This document shows positions 45,987-55,464 of a DNA stretch of 64,000 nt, piece after piece. Below the pieces are notes generated by a model, which did not search any database, was not told the DNA's origin, and was given only the letters and a program-made list of their open reading frames with translations. Source of the stretch: a virus (lineage: Duplodnaviria > Caudoviricetes). The first letter of the stretch is position 1. Each line of letters opens with the position of its first letter. Location: positions 21,041 through 85,040 of IMG/VR virus record IMGVR_UViG_2671180233_000001, one strand, 5' to 3'. A program made the position numbers and the translations under genes.

Positions 45987-46598
45987 ATGGAAAGACATCA
46001 TCCTTCTTATTTTGAACCTCAACTGACTGATGAAGTGGTTAGTTTTTTTGCCCAACATATGTTGAATATTTACACGGATATTCTTGATGTATTAAGTACT
46101 GAAGATGATTCAAATTATGGGCGAGGCACCAGTATTTTTGATCGGACCCGTAATCGTTTTCTAAACTTAATAATGAAAAGACAATGCCCGGTTGATGTCC
46201 ATCTGGTTGATGGTTCATTAAAATTCATTTTTCAAATCGGTAATGCAAATATCAGATTTCTCAAAGATGATTTTGATAATCCAAAGAAAAAGAAATATCT
46301 CATGCAGCAATTGCAAAGTATGAGTTTATTTCCACTTGATGATCAACAACCTCAATTTTGGCGATTTATCTTAAATGAGCCCAAAACATTAGATGATGAA
46401 CCAATAGTTGTTTTTGCAGGTTATAACTTGGCAAATGAAGTGGTTGCATATTGGGATTCAAGTAGCATTACTGATTTGAATTATATTCATTTAGTCGAAC
46501 CAGAAACTCCAAATTCGGTGGAACTTGGTTCACCGTTAGTTGAAGATCCAGATCACGATAGTGATAAGGATGATGATTCCGAAGCTGTAAACAACTAA
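45987..46598 (+). CDS. Putative toxin of a RosmerTA-like pair
   Basis: Immediately upstream of the HTH-Zn peptidase gene; acidic tail; likely start ATG 45987. Confidence 0.5.
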   Translation: MERHHPSYFEPQLTDEVVSFFAQHMLNIYTDILDVLSTEDDSNYGRGTSIFDRTRNRFLNLIMKRQCPVDVHLVDGSLKFIFQIGNANIRFLKDDFDNPKKKKYLMQQLQSMSLFPLDDQQPQFWRFILNEPKTLDDEPIVVFAGYNLANEVVAYWDSSSITDLNYIHLVEPETPNSVELGSPLVEDPDHDSDKDDDSEAVNN

Positions 46599-46615
46599 TT
46601 GTAAGATGACTAGCC

Positions 46616-47716
46616 ATGGCAACAGAGTTTAATGGCTTGGAGCTAAAGCTTCTTAGACAATTCAATGAATTATCTTTAGAAGAGTTAGGCGGCAAGCTGG
46701 ACTATACACGTCAATATCTTCATAAAGTTGAAACTGGGCAAACCTTACCCAATGATCAATTTATTGACAAGGTGGCGCATTACTTTAATGTGCCACAGTC
46801 TTTTTTTATGCAACTAAAACCTGTTTTACAGGAAGACCAGATTCATTTTAGAGGTAATCGTACTGCCAAAGTTTCTTTTAAACAGATTGTTATAGCCAGA
46901 GGTGAATATATAAAGCGATTGATCGAATATCTGGATTCAAAGCTAAAATTGCCAAAATATGATATTCACAGTTCAGAAGATGAGCCGATTGCTCAGAACC
47001 CTGTAATTGAATTTATTGCTGAACAATGTCGTGAAAAATGGGGCTTAGGTTTAGGACCCATTAGTAATATGGTTCGTTTATGTGAAACACATGGCGTTAT
47101 TGTGACTACATTTTCATCTATATCTAAAGAAGTAGATGCTTTATCTTTAGCCACAAAGCGTCCAGTTTTTGTGCGTAATGAAGCAAAAGAAAGTGTATGT
47201 CGCCAGCGTTTTGATTTAGCTCACGAGCTTGGTCATCTTGTTCTTCATGATGGTATTGTTACTGGTGATAGATTAACTGAATCACAAGCAAATCACTTTG
47301 CTTCTGCTTTGTTAATTCCACAAGTAATGATGCGTACGCACTTTCCTACTTGGTACAGAAATGGTCGTTACAACTGGACAAAGTTAGGTGAGTTTAAGCA
47401 GACATGGAAGGTAAGTAAGGCTGCTATTTTATATCGTGCAAAGCAATTGGGATTGTTAACTCAAGAGCAATATACAAGTGGTGTGATTTACTTGAAAAAA
47501 ACAGGCGAGGGCATCACTGAAAAAGAAGATCACTTAATTCCAGAGGAAAAGCCTGAATTACTTCAAGCTTGTTTTACTATGTTGGCAAAAAAGAAAATCT
47601 TTGCAGAGGATATAGCTCAAGCTTTGGATGTGAATGTAAGTTTTCTTGAAAATTTGGTTAATATGGAGATTCCCAAAAAAACAAGAGTTTTAAGGGTGGT
47701 GGAAGAAAGCACCTAG
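46616..47716 (+). CDS. XRE HTH fused to ImmA/IrrE Zn-metallopeptidase (RmrA-like antitoxin)
   Basis: N-terminal HTH; RQRFDLAHELGHL and ESQANHFASALL. Confidence 0.88.
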   Translation: MATEFNGLELKLLRQFNELSLEELGGKLDYTRQYLHKVETGQTLPNDQFIDKVAHYFNVPQSFFMQLKPVLQEDQIHFRGNRTAKVSFKQIVIARGEYIKRLIEYLDSKLKLPKYDIHSSEDEPIAQNPVIEFIAEQCREKWGLGLGPISNMVRLCETHGVIVTTFSSISKEVDALSLATKRPVFVRNEAKESVCRQRFDLAHELGHLVLHDGIVTGDRLTESQANHFASALLIPQVMMRTHFPTWYRNGRYNWTKLGEFKQTWKVSKAAILYRAKQLGLLTQEQYTSGVIYLKKTGEGITEKEDHLIPEEKPELLQACFTMLAKKKIFAEDIAQALDVNVSFLENLVNMEIPKKTRVLRVVEEST

Positions 47717-47728
47717 GGGGGTGCTTTT
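47706..47728. terminator. Bidirectional terminator between convergent defence operons
   Basis: AAAGCACC...GGTGCTTTT. Confidence 0.55.
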
Positions 47729-48723
47729 TATGACGCAATTTCAGAAACTAGCTTACTAATTCTAGAATGGATTTCATCATCGGTTTGAATTGGGTAACAT
47801 TGACAAAATGTTTCAATCGCAGATTGCATTTTGAAAGTATTCTTAAATTGTTTAATCCTGTCATTAATTGCTTGTCCTTCATATTCAGATTTAATTTTAA
47901 TCAACTCCATGCTAAAAAGAGTATCTAGTAACTGATTGTGTATTTTTTTAACTAAATTATACATTGTATGACCAGATATAAAACGATAAGAGTTACTTTC
48001 ATTAATATCTAGATCGAATAGATATTTTTTTGATTCATTTAAATCATTTTCAGAAAATACTAATTGTGAAAAATAATTATTTAAATTACTATCAATTATT
48101 TGCATTAAGCTTTCATCTAATGTTAGATCATCTTTAACAATTTGTTTGTCCAGAATATTAAAACAGTTATGAAATTCATCTGCAATAAGTCCAAGTTTAT
48201 TCCCTGAATTTAATTCATGGGAGAAATGAACTAATCCCTTGAAAGTTAGAATAGACAGTTTTTTAATAAATGAATCTATGTCAATATTGTGTTCAATAGT
48301 ATATTTTATAGATTTGAAGAAATTATTTAAATGATGTTTATCTAATAATGCACTTTCTCGACTAAAGCCAAAAGTATGAATGACAAATTTATTATTAATT
48401 ACATCTTGAGAGTATGGGATATTAGAGTCAGGACAAATAAGATCATAGTCTGCATCTACAGCACATAAAGCTTTGATATTTGCATCTGTATACAGTTTTT
48501 CTAATGCTCGTTTACCTCTTTCTCCTGGGCGATCTGCGATTGATGCTTGGACATTGTATTTATTTGGAAAGTAAGAGTTTATAAACTTTTCCCAAAACAC
48601 TTGATCTGAATCATCTTCTATATAGACTATTCCCTTCTCAGCAGCATCTTTATTACCTTCCTTGCTTGCATTATAAGCACCAATATAGTTTGGATTTGTT
48701 AGATACTTTATAAAATCGGACAT
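47728..48723 (-). CDS. ariB: DUF4435 TOPRIM-like nuclease, PARIS effector
   Basis: VYIED..D..FW, CAVDADYD, T..FSRE and ISGH motifs; downstream of an ABC ATPase. Confidence 0.8.
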   Translation of the reverse strand: MSDFIKYLTNPNYIGAYNASKEGNKDAAEKGIVYIEDDSDQVFWEKFINSYFPNKYNVQASIADRPGERGKRALEKLYTDANIKALCAVDADYDLICPDSNIPYSQDVINNKFVIHTFGFSRESALLDKHHLNNFFKSIKYTIEHNIDIDSFIKKLSILTFKGLVHFSHELNSGNKLGLIADEFHNCFNILDKQIVKDDLTLDESLMQIIDSNLNNYFSQLVFSENDLNESKKYLFDLDINESNSYRFISGHTMYNLVKKIHNQLLDTLFSMELIKIKSEYEGQAINDRIKQFKNTFKMQSAIETFCQCYPIQTDDEIHSRISKLVSEIAS

Positions 48724-48725
48724 TA

Positions 48726-49694
48726 TTAAGACTCACTTATAATATCTTTAATATCAATGAAGCTGTCCATCCATCCATTCATAACTATAGCAGGGCTATG
48801 AGTCACGATAATAATCTGACTATTCTTATTAACTTTTCTTATTTGAGATAGTAGAGATTCTTGCCATGATAAATGTAATGATATTTCAGGTTCATCCATT
48901 AAAATAATTGAATTATTAGTATTAGCATTAATTACCTTTAAGAAAATATAAATAATTTGTCGTTCACCAGAAGATAGGTTTTTATATTTTATAGACTCAG
49001 AGTTTTTAAGATTAATAATTAGGTTATTATCCAATATTTCAACTGTCTTCTGAGACTCTTTAAAGAAGAAATTTAAAGAGTCTATTAAATCCTCTTGCAA
49101 AGATGCATTTTTGCTTAATAAGCGTTCTAATTCATTTTTAATTTCGAAATCAAGGAAATTTGAAATACGACCATCACTTGTTCGAATACTATTAATTGAA
49201 TTTGCACTCATATTTACAGTTGAAATAAATTCTGTATTGTATTTATTTTTATTTTTTTTAAACTGATAGGATTCTATTTTATCTAAATTTAAATCCTGTT
49301 TTGCTAAATTTTGAGTTAGCTCTAATCTAATTTTATCTTTTAATAGCGCAAAATTTTTACGTTGAGATTTTTCGAGTTTATTTAATAATTGTTTTTCAAG
49401 TTCATTTGAATCAATAAATTCTTTTAAAGCCTTTTTAAAAATATCATCTGGAAGATTAAACTTTGAAGTTGCAAATGTTGAATCTCCATTATCAAATTCA
49501 ACATTGACCTTATCACATAGCTTTAACTCATCATCTATGGGCTCTTGGGTGAGAGCAGTACTAATTAAACGAAGTATTGTAGACTTTCCTAACCCATTTT
49601 TTCCAACTAAGACGTTAACATCTTTTAATTCCCAATCAATATTTGTGTAACCAAACAAATTATCAATTGTTAATTTTTTTATCTTAGTACTCAT
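48726..49694 (-). CDS. ariA: ABC/AAA_21 ATPase, PARIS sensor
   Basis: GKNGLGKS, LSSGE, ILMDEPEISLH and VTHSP. Confidence 0.82.
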   Translation of the reverse strand: MSTKIKKLTIDNLFGYTNIDWELKDVNVLVGKNGLGKSTILRLISTALTQEPIDDELKLCDKVNVEFDNGDSTFATSKFNLPDDIFKKALKEFIDSNELEKQLLNKLEKSQRKNFALLKDKIRLELTQNLAKQDLNLDKIESYQFKKNKNKYNTEFISTVNMSANSINSIRTSDGRISNFLDFEIKNELERLLSKNASLQEDLIDSLNFFFKESQKTVEILDNNLIINLKNSESIKYKNLSSGERQIIYIFLKVINANTNNSIILMDEPEISLHLSWQESLLSQIRKVNKNSQIIIVTHSPAIVMNGWMDSFIDIKDIISES

Positions 49695-49809
49695 ATAGTT
49701 TATATAACCTTAAATTTGGTTCAGTTCTACTAAGCTTGACTTAGTAAGATTGCATATAAATGAAATTAGTATCGTAACGCAAATTCTAAATGTAGAAAAG
49801 ACTTTATTG

Positions 49810-50202
49810 TTAGTCCCTAAAGCTTTCACTTCTAGGAATAGAATACCAATATCGAATTTTTTCACCATTATTCAAAGTTTCAATATTAATGAGTTGGTAC
49901 TCTGGATGCTCATAAAATAGTCTTGAAATCATTTGCTCAGCACGTGAAGTGCGTTCGTGTTGTGGCTGCTTAGGGTATTCTTCAACACAATTCACATCCA
50001 TAAAATAAATTGATCGGCCTGATTTACCTTCCTCTTTTGATTTTAGACCTATCTCCATAAGCTCAAGCATTGCGGTATTTAAAGATAAGTTATGGGTTTC
50101 AGCATAAGTCATTATTGCCTCATATTGTTCTTGTGGCATGCGAACTTGTGTGCGTTTCCAGTCATCTTGAGAAACGGCTCTACCAGTCTTTATATCATTC
50201 AT
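49810..50202 (-). CDS. Arc-like ribbon-helix-helix regulator
   Basis: RTQVRMPQEQYEAI..YA.....SLNTAM; likely ATG 50202; divergent from an antirepressor remnant. Confidence 0.7.
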   Translation of the reverse strand: MNDIKTGRAVSQDDWKRTQVRMPQEQYEAIMTYAETHNLSLNTAMLELMEIGLKSKEEGKSGRSIYFMDVNCVEEYPKQPQHERTSRAEQMISRLFYEHPEYQLINIETLNNGEKIRYWYSIPRSESFRD

Positions 50203-50347
50203 TGAAAATGACCTTAAATTAATTTGACATGGTAATAACACTATGGAATACCAATTTTAATGACATGATAATCTTGTCAAAATAAAACTCCCCGAGAACT
50301 TTAGATGGTAACAGGTCTTCTCTCAACCTTCTATCAGTAAAACTGAT

Positions 50348-50527
50348 ATAAATATTTTAACACAGATCACAATGCCGTTTCATGCTTACGAGTTATTAAT
50401 AGTAGAGCACAATAACCAACCTTATACTGCCATACGTCCGATTGTCAAAGGTATGGGATTAGCATGGTAGCTCAATATGTTAAGTTAAAACAATGCTTTG
50501 CATCAACTGTTATAGAAATCACAATAT
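50348..50527 (+). pseudogene. Remnant of a P22 Ant-type antirepressor N-terminal domain
   Basis: Translates as ITMPFHAYELLIVEHNNQPYTAIRPIVKGMGLAW*, then after a frameshift QYVKLKQCFASTVIEITI. Confidence 0.7.
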
Positions 50528-50751
50528 TATATCTTAATCTTAAGATAGGTAAAAAATTACTCGATATTCATACAACCCTATAAATCTAAAATAATTAAAT
50601 ATAAGAGTTATATTTGTATTGCTAGTGATAACGATATCTTAAATTTATTTGTTTAAAATAATACTTTTATGGTTATTGACAATAAAATATTAATAGATAC
50701 TATATTATTAGTAATCCAAATTTTTAATTTTTAAGATTTAAGGAGGTATTT

Positions 50752-51687
50752 GTGAAAAATTACACAGTTATCGTAAAGGTTTTTGAATATAAATCATTGT
50801 TTAAAAAAGATATTTATGACGCAACTCTTTTTGAACAATCAACAATTAATGCGACTGGTTCAAGTTATGAAGAAGCTATAAAAAAGATTCATGAAAAAAC
50901 TCTTGAATATTTTGATTTTTTAAGCGATCAAGGAACTGAAATTCCAGAGCCTGCGGAAATGTCAACAATCATGTTTAAAAATCGTGATAAAGATGTTTTC
51001 TTCCATGTAATCACAATCGATACATCGATATATAGCGAAAAAACGGAAAAAATCAATGTAACGATGCCGATTTTTTTAATAAGAAAAATTGATGATTTCT
51101 TAAAACATAAAGTACACAATACAAATTTGTTTTCTTCTCGATCAGATTACATAACAAAAGCATGTAAGCAATACCTTCCTCATGCTCATAATCTTGCAGC
51201 AATTTACAACAATGAAAAAAAATATTCTGCATTTAGATATAAAGTTGGAAATACGACAGATAATTGCAGTAATTTAATTGAATATTTAAATCATTCTTTT
51301 TGTGAAGAAGTTACTCTTTTTGCAACGCATAGAACACCAACTCATGGTTTTAGTCGTGACGATGGTCCTGATACGAATCTGCCCCTTTTGGGAGCAATTG
51401 TTAAACTTAAAATGCCTGCTTTAAAAGAGACTTATATTTTATTTGATGGACTTTTCTTGACTGCGCAAAGAAAGCCGCGCTACAACGAAGTCAAAAATGT
51501 TTTAGATACAGCTGTTGCAACAAACAAAACATGCTTCATACAATTGCCTGTTCCTTTTACCTCTCAACTAGATCCCGAAGAAGCTGTGAAATTATTGGGT
51601 GAATTCCCTCGTCATAAATTAACTCAAGATTCTAGACCTCAATTTTTTAATTTATTGAGTAGTCTTTCAGAAGCTCAAATGAATTGA
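50752..51687 (+). CDS. HicB-family antitoxin-like protein with long C-terminal extension
   Basis: ATGSSYEEA....IPEP (HicB) and KINVTMP..LI.KID...SRSDYI (RHH). Confidence 0.7.
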   Translation: MKNYTVIVKVFEYKSLFKKDIYDATLFEQSTINATGSSYEEAIKKIHEKTLEYFDFLSDQGTEIPEPAEMSTIMFKNRDKDVFFHVITIDTSIYSEKTEKINVTMPIFLIRKIDDFLKHKVHNTNLFSSRSDYITKACKQYLPHAHNLAAIYNNEKKYSAFRYKVGNTTDNCSNLIEYLNHSFCEEVTLFATHRTPTHGFSRDDGPDTNLPLLGAIVKLKMPALKETYILFDGLFLTAQRKPRYNEVKNVLDTAVATNKTCFIQLPVPFTSQLDPEEAVKLLGEFPRHKLTQDSRPQFFNLLSSLSEAQMN

Positions 51688-51718
51688 TTTATAGCCCTGC
51701 ATAAACAGGGCTTTTCTT

Positions 51719-51759
51719 TGGAACCCACTACAAAACCATTATTTACGCTTTTCTATGAT
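51719..51759 (+). promoter_or_regulatory. Putative phage late promoter directly after a terminator (51693-51718)
   Basis: TGGAAC-N29-TATGAT. Confidence 0.72.
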
Positions 51760-51851
51760 TGATGTACAGGCTAGACCGTACATCGAAAAGAAAATGTATA
51801 GATACCATCCATTTTCTTGCCTGTCATCTATAGACGGTTAGATATCTACTT

Positions 51852-52382
51852 ATGAACATGATGACCAGCTTAACCATGCGAGGCTTGGTATCAAACTAAA
51901 ATGGTGAACCAACTACCACCAGCTATGCAGTGGCAGATGCTTTTGATAAAACACACAGCTATGTAATGCGAGATATTAAAAATTATTAATCATTGTGGCT
52001 AAGAATTTGTTAAATCCAATTTTGGATTAACCTTTGAAAACAAAAAGATAGGAGACACAACAAGAAGTACACCCTTTATCGAATTTCTAAGGATGGATTT
52101 ATGTTGCTTGTCATGGACTTCACTGGTGAAAAGGCTATGAAAACCAACATAGATTTTATTAATGCGTTTACCTGGATGGCAGAACAATTAACTCAAGTTG
52201 TCCAATCAAAATGGGTGAGATACAATCAAGTTAGCCTTGAGCATAAAAGTAAAAAAGAGCATGTAAGTTGTTCGGCTCGTGATATGCGGTCTTGGCAGGA
52301 GGAAAAGCCTGTTTATGAAGGTGAGATTACTCAACCTGAAATAGATTTACAGCCTCAGTTTCCTTATTTGATACAAGGTTAA
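51852..52382 (+). pseudogene. Disrupted Rha-family regulator
   Basis: MNMMT...*NGEPTTTSYAVADAFDK.H..VMRDI; later frame DGFMLLVMDFTGEKA...FINAF; internal stop and frameshift. Confidence 0.8.
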
Positions 52383-52435
52383 TTTTTTAAATTATAACTT
52401 GGCCACCTTTGGGTGGCATTTTTACTTCTGGAACC
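52302..52435 (+). repeat. Copy 2 of the 134-bp Rha-end/terminator/TGGAAC repeat
   Basis: Matches 26594-26727. Confidence 0.85.
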
Positions 52436-52469
52436 CTGCATATTTCAGCATCAATCCACCTGAAAAAAT
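52429..52469 (+). promoter_or_regulatory. Putative phage late promoter
   Basis: TGGAAC-N29-AAAAAT. Confidence 0.68.
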
Positions 52470-52493
52470 ACCCTAAACAAATAGGGTATTTTT

Positions 52494-53303
52494 ATGAGTG
52501 ACGATTTCATTACAAATGCTACTGCTGCAAACAGTAAATATGCAGAACTGCCAACAAGTACTAACAGTCTTCTAATTGAAGCGCTTTCAGATAAGTTAAT
52601 TGCGACTTTCGCCCTATGCGATAAAGAAGGAAAGGCTTCGGAAGACAAAACCACAGTCAAAGGTATGTTTACAGATGGTGATATGAGTATTGAAAGTCAG
52701 TGGCAAACCCCTTTTGAAAACTCCAATCCGGAAAATAAATTGCCAACTTTGATGGCTGGAATTCAATCCGGTGAAATGTTAGAGGCGGGAGGGAAGGTCG
52801 TTAGCAATCTTGCAGGTGATTATGCTAAAAAAATTACTGATGCTATTGATCCACTCACATCTACATTAAGAAATGGTTTAAATGGATTAGTCGGTAAAAC
52901 TAATCTTACTAAAGTTAATACCCAACAAGTTTTTTTATCAACAGCATCTGTAAGATTGAGTTTAAGTCTTTCATTTATAGCTATTAAAGATGCCCGTGAA
53001 GAAGTCGAAAAGCCAATTTCAATACTCCAGCAATGGGCCTTGCCAAAATTTCTATATGACGACTCATTAATTACAAGTGTTTCTAAAGATGGATTATCAG
53101 GATTATATCCCAGTGAAATCCCTCCATTTGTTTCTCTAACTTTACATGGCAAAACGTATAAGCCTCTCATTATAGAGAGTGTCCATGCCCCTTTAAATGC
53201 ACCTATAGACAGCAATGGTAATCGATTGGCAGTAACCGTTCAGGTGAATGTCATTACTCTGACCGCATGGGATAAACAAGATATCGTAGATTTATATAAA
53301 TAA
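52494..53303 (+). CDS. Tail/baseplate morphogenesis protein (tube-initiator-like)
   Basis: WQTPFE, LQQWALP and P..IESV..PL..P.D.NG motifs; late promoter upstream. Confidence 0.5.
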   Translation: MSDDFITNATAANSKYAELPTSTNSLLIEALSDKLIATFALCDKEGKASEDKTTVKGMFTDGDMSIESQWQTPFENSNPENKLPTLMAGIQSGEMLEAGGKVVSNLAGDYAKKITDAIDPLTSTLRNGLNGLVGKTNLTKVNTQQVFLSTASVRLSLSLSFIAIKDAREEVEKPISILQQWALPKFLYDDSLITSVSKDGLSGLYPSEIPPFVSLTLHGKTYKPLIIESVHAPLNAPIDSNGNRLAVTVQVNVITLTAWDKQDIVDLYK

Positions 53304-53312
53304 GGAACAATT

Positions 53313-54026
53313 ATGATCACCTTTGATGATGTAAAAATCGGACCAAATCTTTATCAATTGAAAGAACTAACATTCAATGAGGCATTGAAAGTATCAGTCA
53401 TTCAAAAAGACTTAAATGAAAAACGTATAACTGAATTTTTACGTAATGTCTTGGTCAGTGATCAGGATCCCTTAAAAATGTTTGTACAAGAACGCTATGC
53501 AATATTGCTCAAATATTTAGAAAAACAGACCAATACACTGTTATCCATTAATATTGACATGCAGCAATATTTACCTAAATTGAATACCGACTGGTTACCA
53601 GAAATATCAGTTAAAGGGGCTGTAGTACGTCAAATGTCAGGATTTGAAGCTGAATATTTAGAATCAAAATGCAAAAGTGTTGCGGAATGGATTGCCTGTG
53701 CTATGGCCATACAACTTAAATACGATAAGCATGAAAAATTAGATGCTTTTCCGGATCCAGAAGAAAACGACTTTGAAATACATTTTCTGGAACGTTTGGA
53801 ATATCTAAAGTCACTTCCACAAAGTGAGTTTGAACAGCATTATCAGGTATATGCTGATCTAAATGATTTACTATGTACCGTTGTGGATTTAGCTGTCAAT
53901 GATCAAGGCTTTGTCGTAAGAGGTACAGATGATGCGCCGCTTCGATTTTGCCCCTCTGCCGCTTTTATCGGATTCGTCAAAGACGTGGACGAGTTGCGTT
54001 ATGGAAACAGCATTCAAACTCAGTAA
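53313..54026 (+). CDS. Putative tail/baseplate assembly chaperone
   Basis: DPL.M.VQERY..L..Y pattern; context only. Confidence 0.45.
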   Translation: MITFDDVKIGPNLYQLKELTFNEALKVSVIQKDLNEKRITEFLRNVLVSDQDPLKMFVQERYAILLKYLEKQTNTLLSINIDMQQYLPKLNTDWLPEISVKGAVVRQMSGFEAEYLESKCKSVAEWIACAMAIQLKYDKHEKLDAFPDPEENDFEIHFLERLEYLKSLPQSEFEQHYQVYADLNDLLCTVVDLAVNDQGFVVRGTDDAPLRFCPSAAFIGFVKDVDELRYGNSIQTQ

Positions 54027-54213
54027 AGATTCTGGCATGCAATTAAATCATGCACTTGATTCCCCAATCAGTTTTGCATCGATTTTTTATGATTCAGATG
54101 CTTATAAGATTGTGAAACAGGAACGCAAGTACGAAGCTGAAAAACAACAAACACTTTATAAAATTGCCAATGAAATAATTAAGGCACTTAACAATATCAA
54201 TAGTTCATCTTGA
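53929..54213 (+). CDS. Small overlapping ORF, possible second chaperone segment
   Basis: Overlaps the previous gene in another frame; true start uncertain. Confidence 0.4.
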   Translation: MMRRFDFAPLPLLSDSSKTWTSCVMETAFKLSKDSGMQLNHALDSPISFASIFYDSDAYKIVKQERKYEAEKQQTLYKIANEIIKALNNINSSS

Positions 54214-54226
54214 ATTAATGTAAATC

Positions 54227-54267
54227 TGGAACATGCGATAAACCCCTTTATTTCATCAACTCATAAT
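54227..54267 (+). promoter_or_regulatory. Putative phage late promoter of the lysis cassette
   Basis: TGGAAC-N29-CATAAT. Confidence 0.75.
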
Positions 54268-54316
54268 TATGTCTATCGAAGAACGACTTAATTTATGAGA
54301 TGAAAGGGGATAAAGC

Positions 54317-54598
54317 ATGTCAGCAGATCATGCCCAAACCGCAATAGAGGCAAGTGCAGCTGTAACAAGCGCCTCTTCAAAAACAGCAGTAGTGGGTGGT
54401 TCAGTTACTTTTCTTGGGTGGGTTACCAGTTTAGATCCGATCACCATTATTGGTGTGTCTGTGGGTATTGGTGGTTTGCTTGTCAGTGTTTTGAGTTTCT
54501 TAATCAATTGGCATTACAAAAAACTCGAGAACAAACGTGCGGATGAAATTCATCAATTAAAAGTAAAAGAATTAAAGGGGGAGTGTGATGCAAAATAA
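54317..54598 (+). CDS. Holin
   Basis: Small TM protein with basic tail (INWHYKK) directly before the endolysin. Confidence 0.75.
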   Translation: MSADHAQTAIEASAAVTSASSKTAVVGGSVTFLGWVTSLDPITIIGVSVGIGGLLVSVLSFLINWHYKKLENKRADEIHQLKVKELKGECDAK

Positions 54599-55100
54599 AA
54601 CTAAATATATTGTAACCTTGGTGTCGGCTGTAAGTTTAGGTGGAGTAGCTTTTACTGCTGGATACGAAGGATTCACCTCTAAGCCGGTGATTCCAACCAA
54701 AGGCGATGTGCCAACAATTGGTCATGGTACTACTGTTTATCCCAATGGCCAAAAAGTCAAAATGACCGATAAAGCCATTACTAAGCAAGAAGCTGCATAT
54801 TTCTTGAAAGATCATATGAATAAAAATCAGAAAGGTTTTAACCAAAGTTTATCTGGTGTGAAATTATCTGAGCAGGAATATGACTTGTATAACGACTTTG
54901 TTTACCAATTTGGTCTAGCGAGTTGGAAAAATTCTTCAATGCTTAAAAATTTAAAAGCAGGGCAATACGTCGCAGCATGTAAGTCGTTATTGAAATGGAA
55001 ATATGTTGCAAAGCGTGATTGCTCTGTGCGATCAAATAATTGCTATGGTGTGTGGACCAGGCAACTAGATCGATATAACAAGTGTATTGGGGTAAATTGA
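54585..55100 (+). CDS. GH24 endolysin, probably SAR-type
   Basis: Hydrophobic N-terminus, then EG...DVPTIGHGTT triad; GVWTR...C. Confidence 0.9.
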   Translation: MMQNKTKYIVTLVSAVSLGGVAFTAGYEGFTSKPVIPTKGDVPTIGHGTTVYPNGQKVKMTDKAITKQEAAYFLKDHMNKNQKGFNQSLSGVKLSEQEYDLYNDFVYQFGLASWKNSSMLKNLKAGQYVAACKSLLKWKYVAKRDCSVRSNNCYGVWTRQLDRYNKCIGVN

Positions 55101-55101
55101 A

Positions 55102-55464
55102 ATGACTTGGATTCTACTGAATAAACGCTGGGTTGTGATCCTTATTTTATCGGTATTGTACGTAATCCAGATTGCGTACACTAATCATCTATCAAAAAAA
55201 CTGAATGAAGCTGCCGCAGAATGCACTACAAAAATTCAGAAAATTGAACAGGCACAGCAAGAGGCTTTATTAAAAGCACAAAATCAGGCAAATCAAGTGA
55301 GCGCAGACTATGAAGCAGCAAAAGCAGAACAACAAATCAAAGTTGAAACAGTTACACGTGAAGTTCAAAAAATCGTTGAACGTCCTGTGTACCTTAACAA
55401 TTGTTTTGATGATGGCGGCTTGCAGCAACTCAACAGTCTTATCAAAGCCGACAATCCCGAGTAA
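55102..55464 (+). CDS. Inner-membrane spanin (Rz-like)
   Basis: N-terminal TM, coiled coil, VERPVY...C. Confidence 0.75.
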   Translation: MTWILLNKRWVVILILSVLYVIQIAYTNHLSKKLNEAAAECTTKIQKIEQAQQEALLKAQNQANQVSADYEAAKAEQQIKVETVTREVQKIVERPVYLNNCFDDGGLQQLNSLIKADNPE

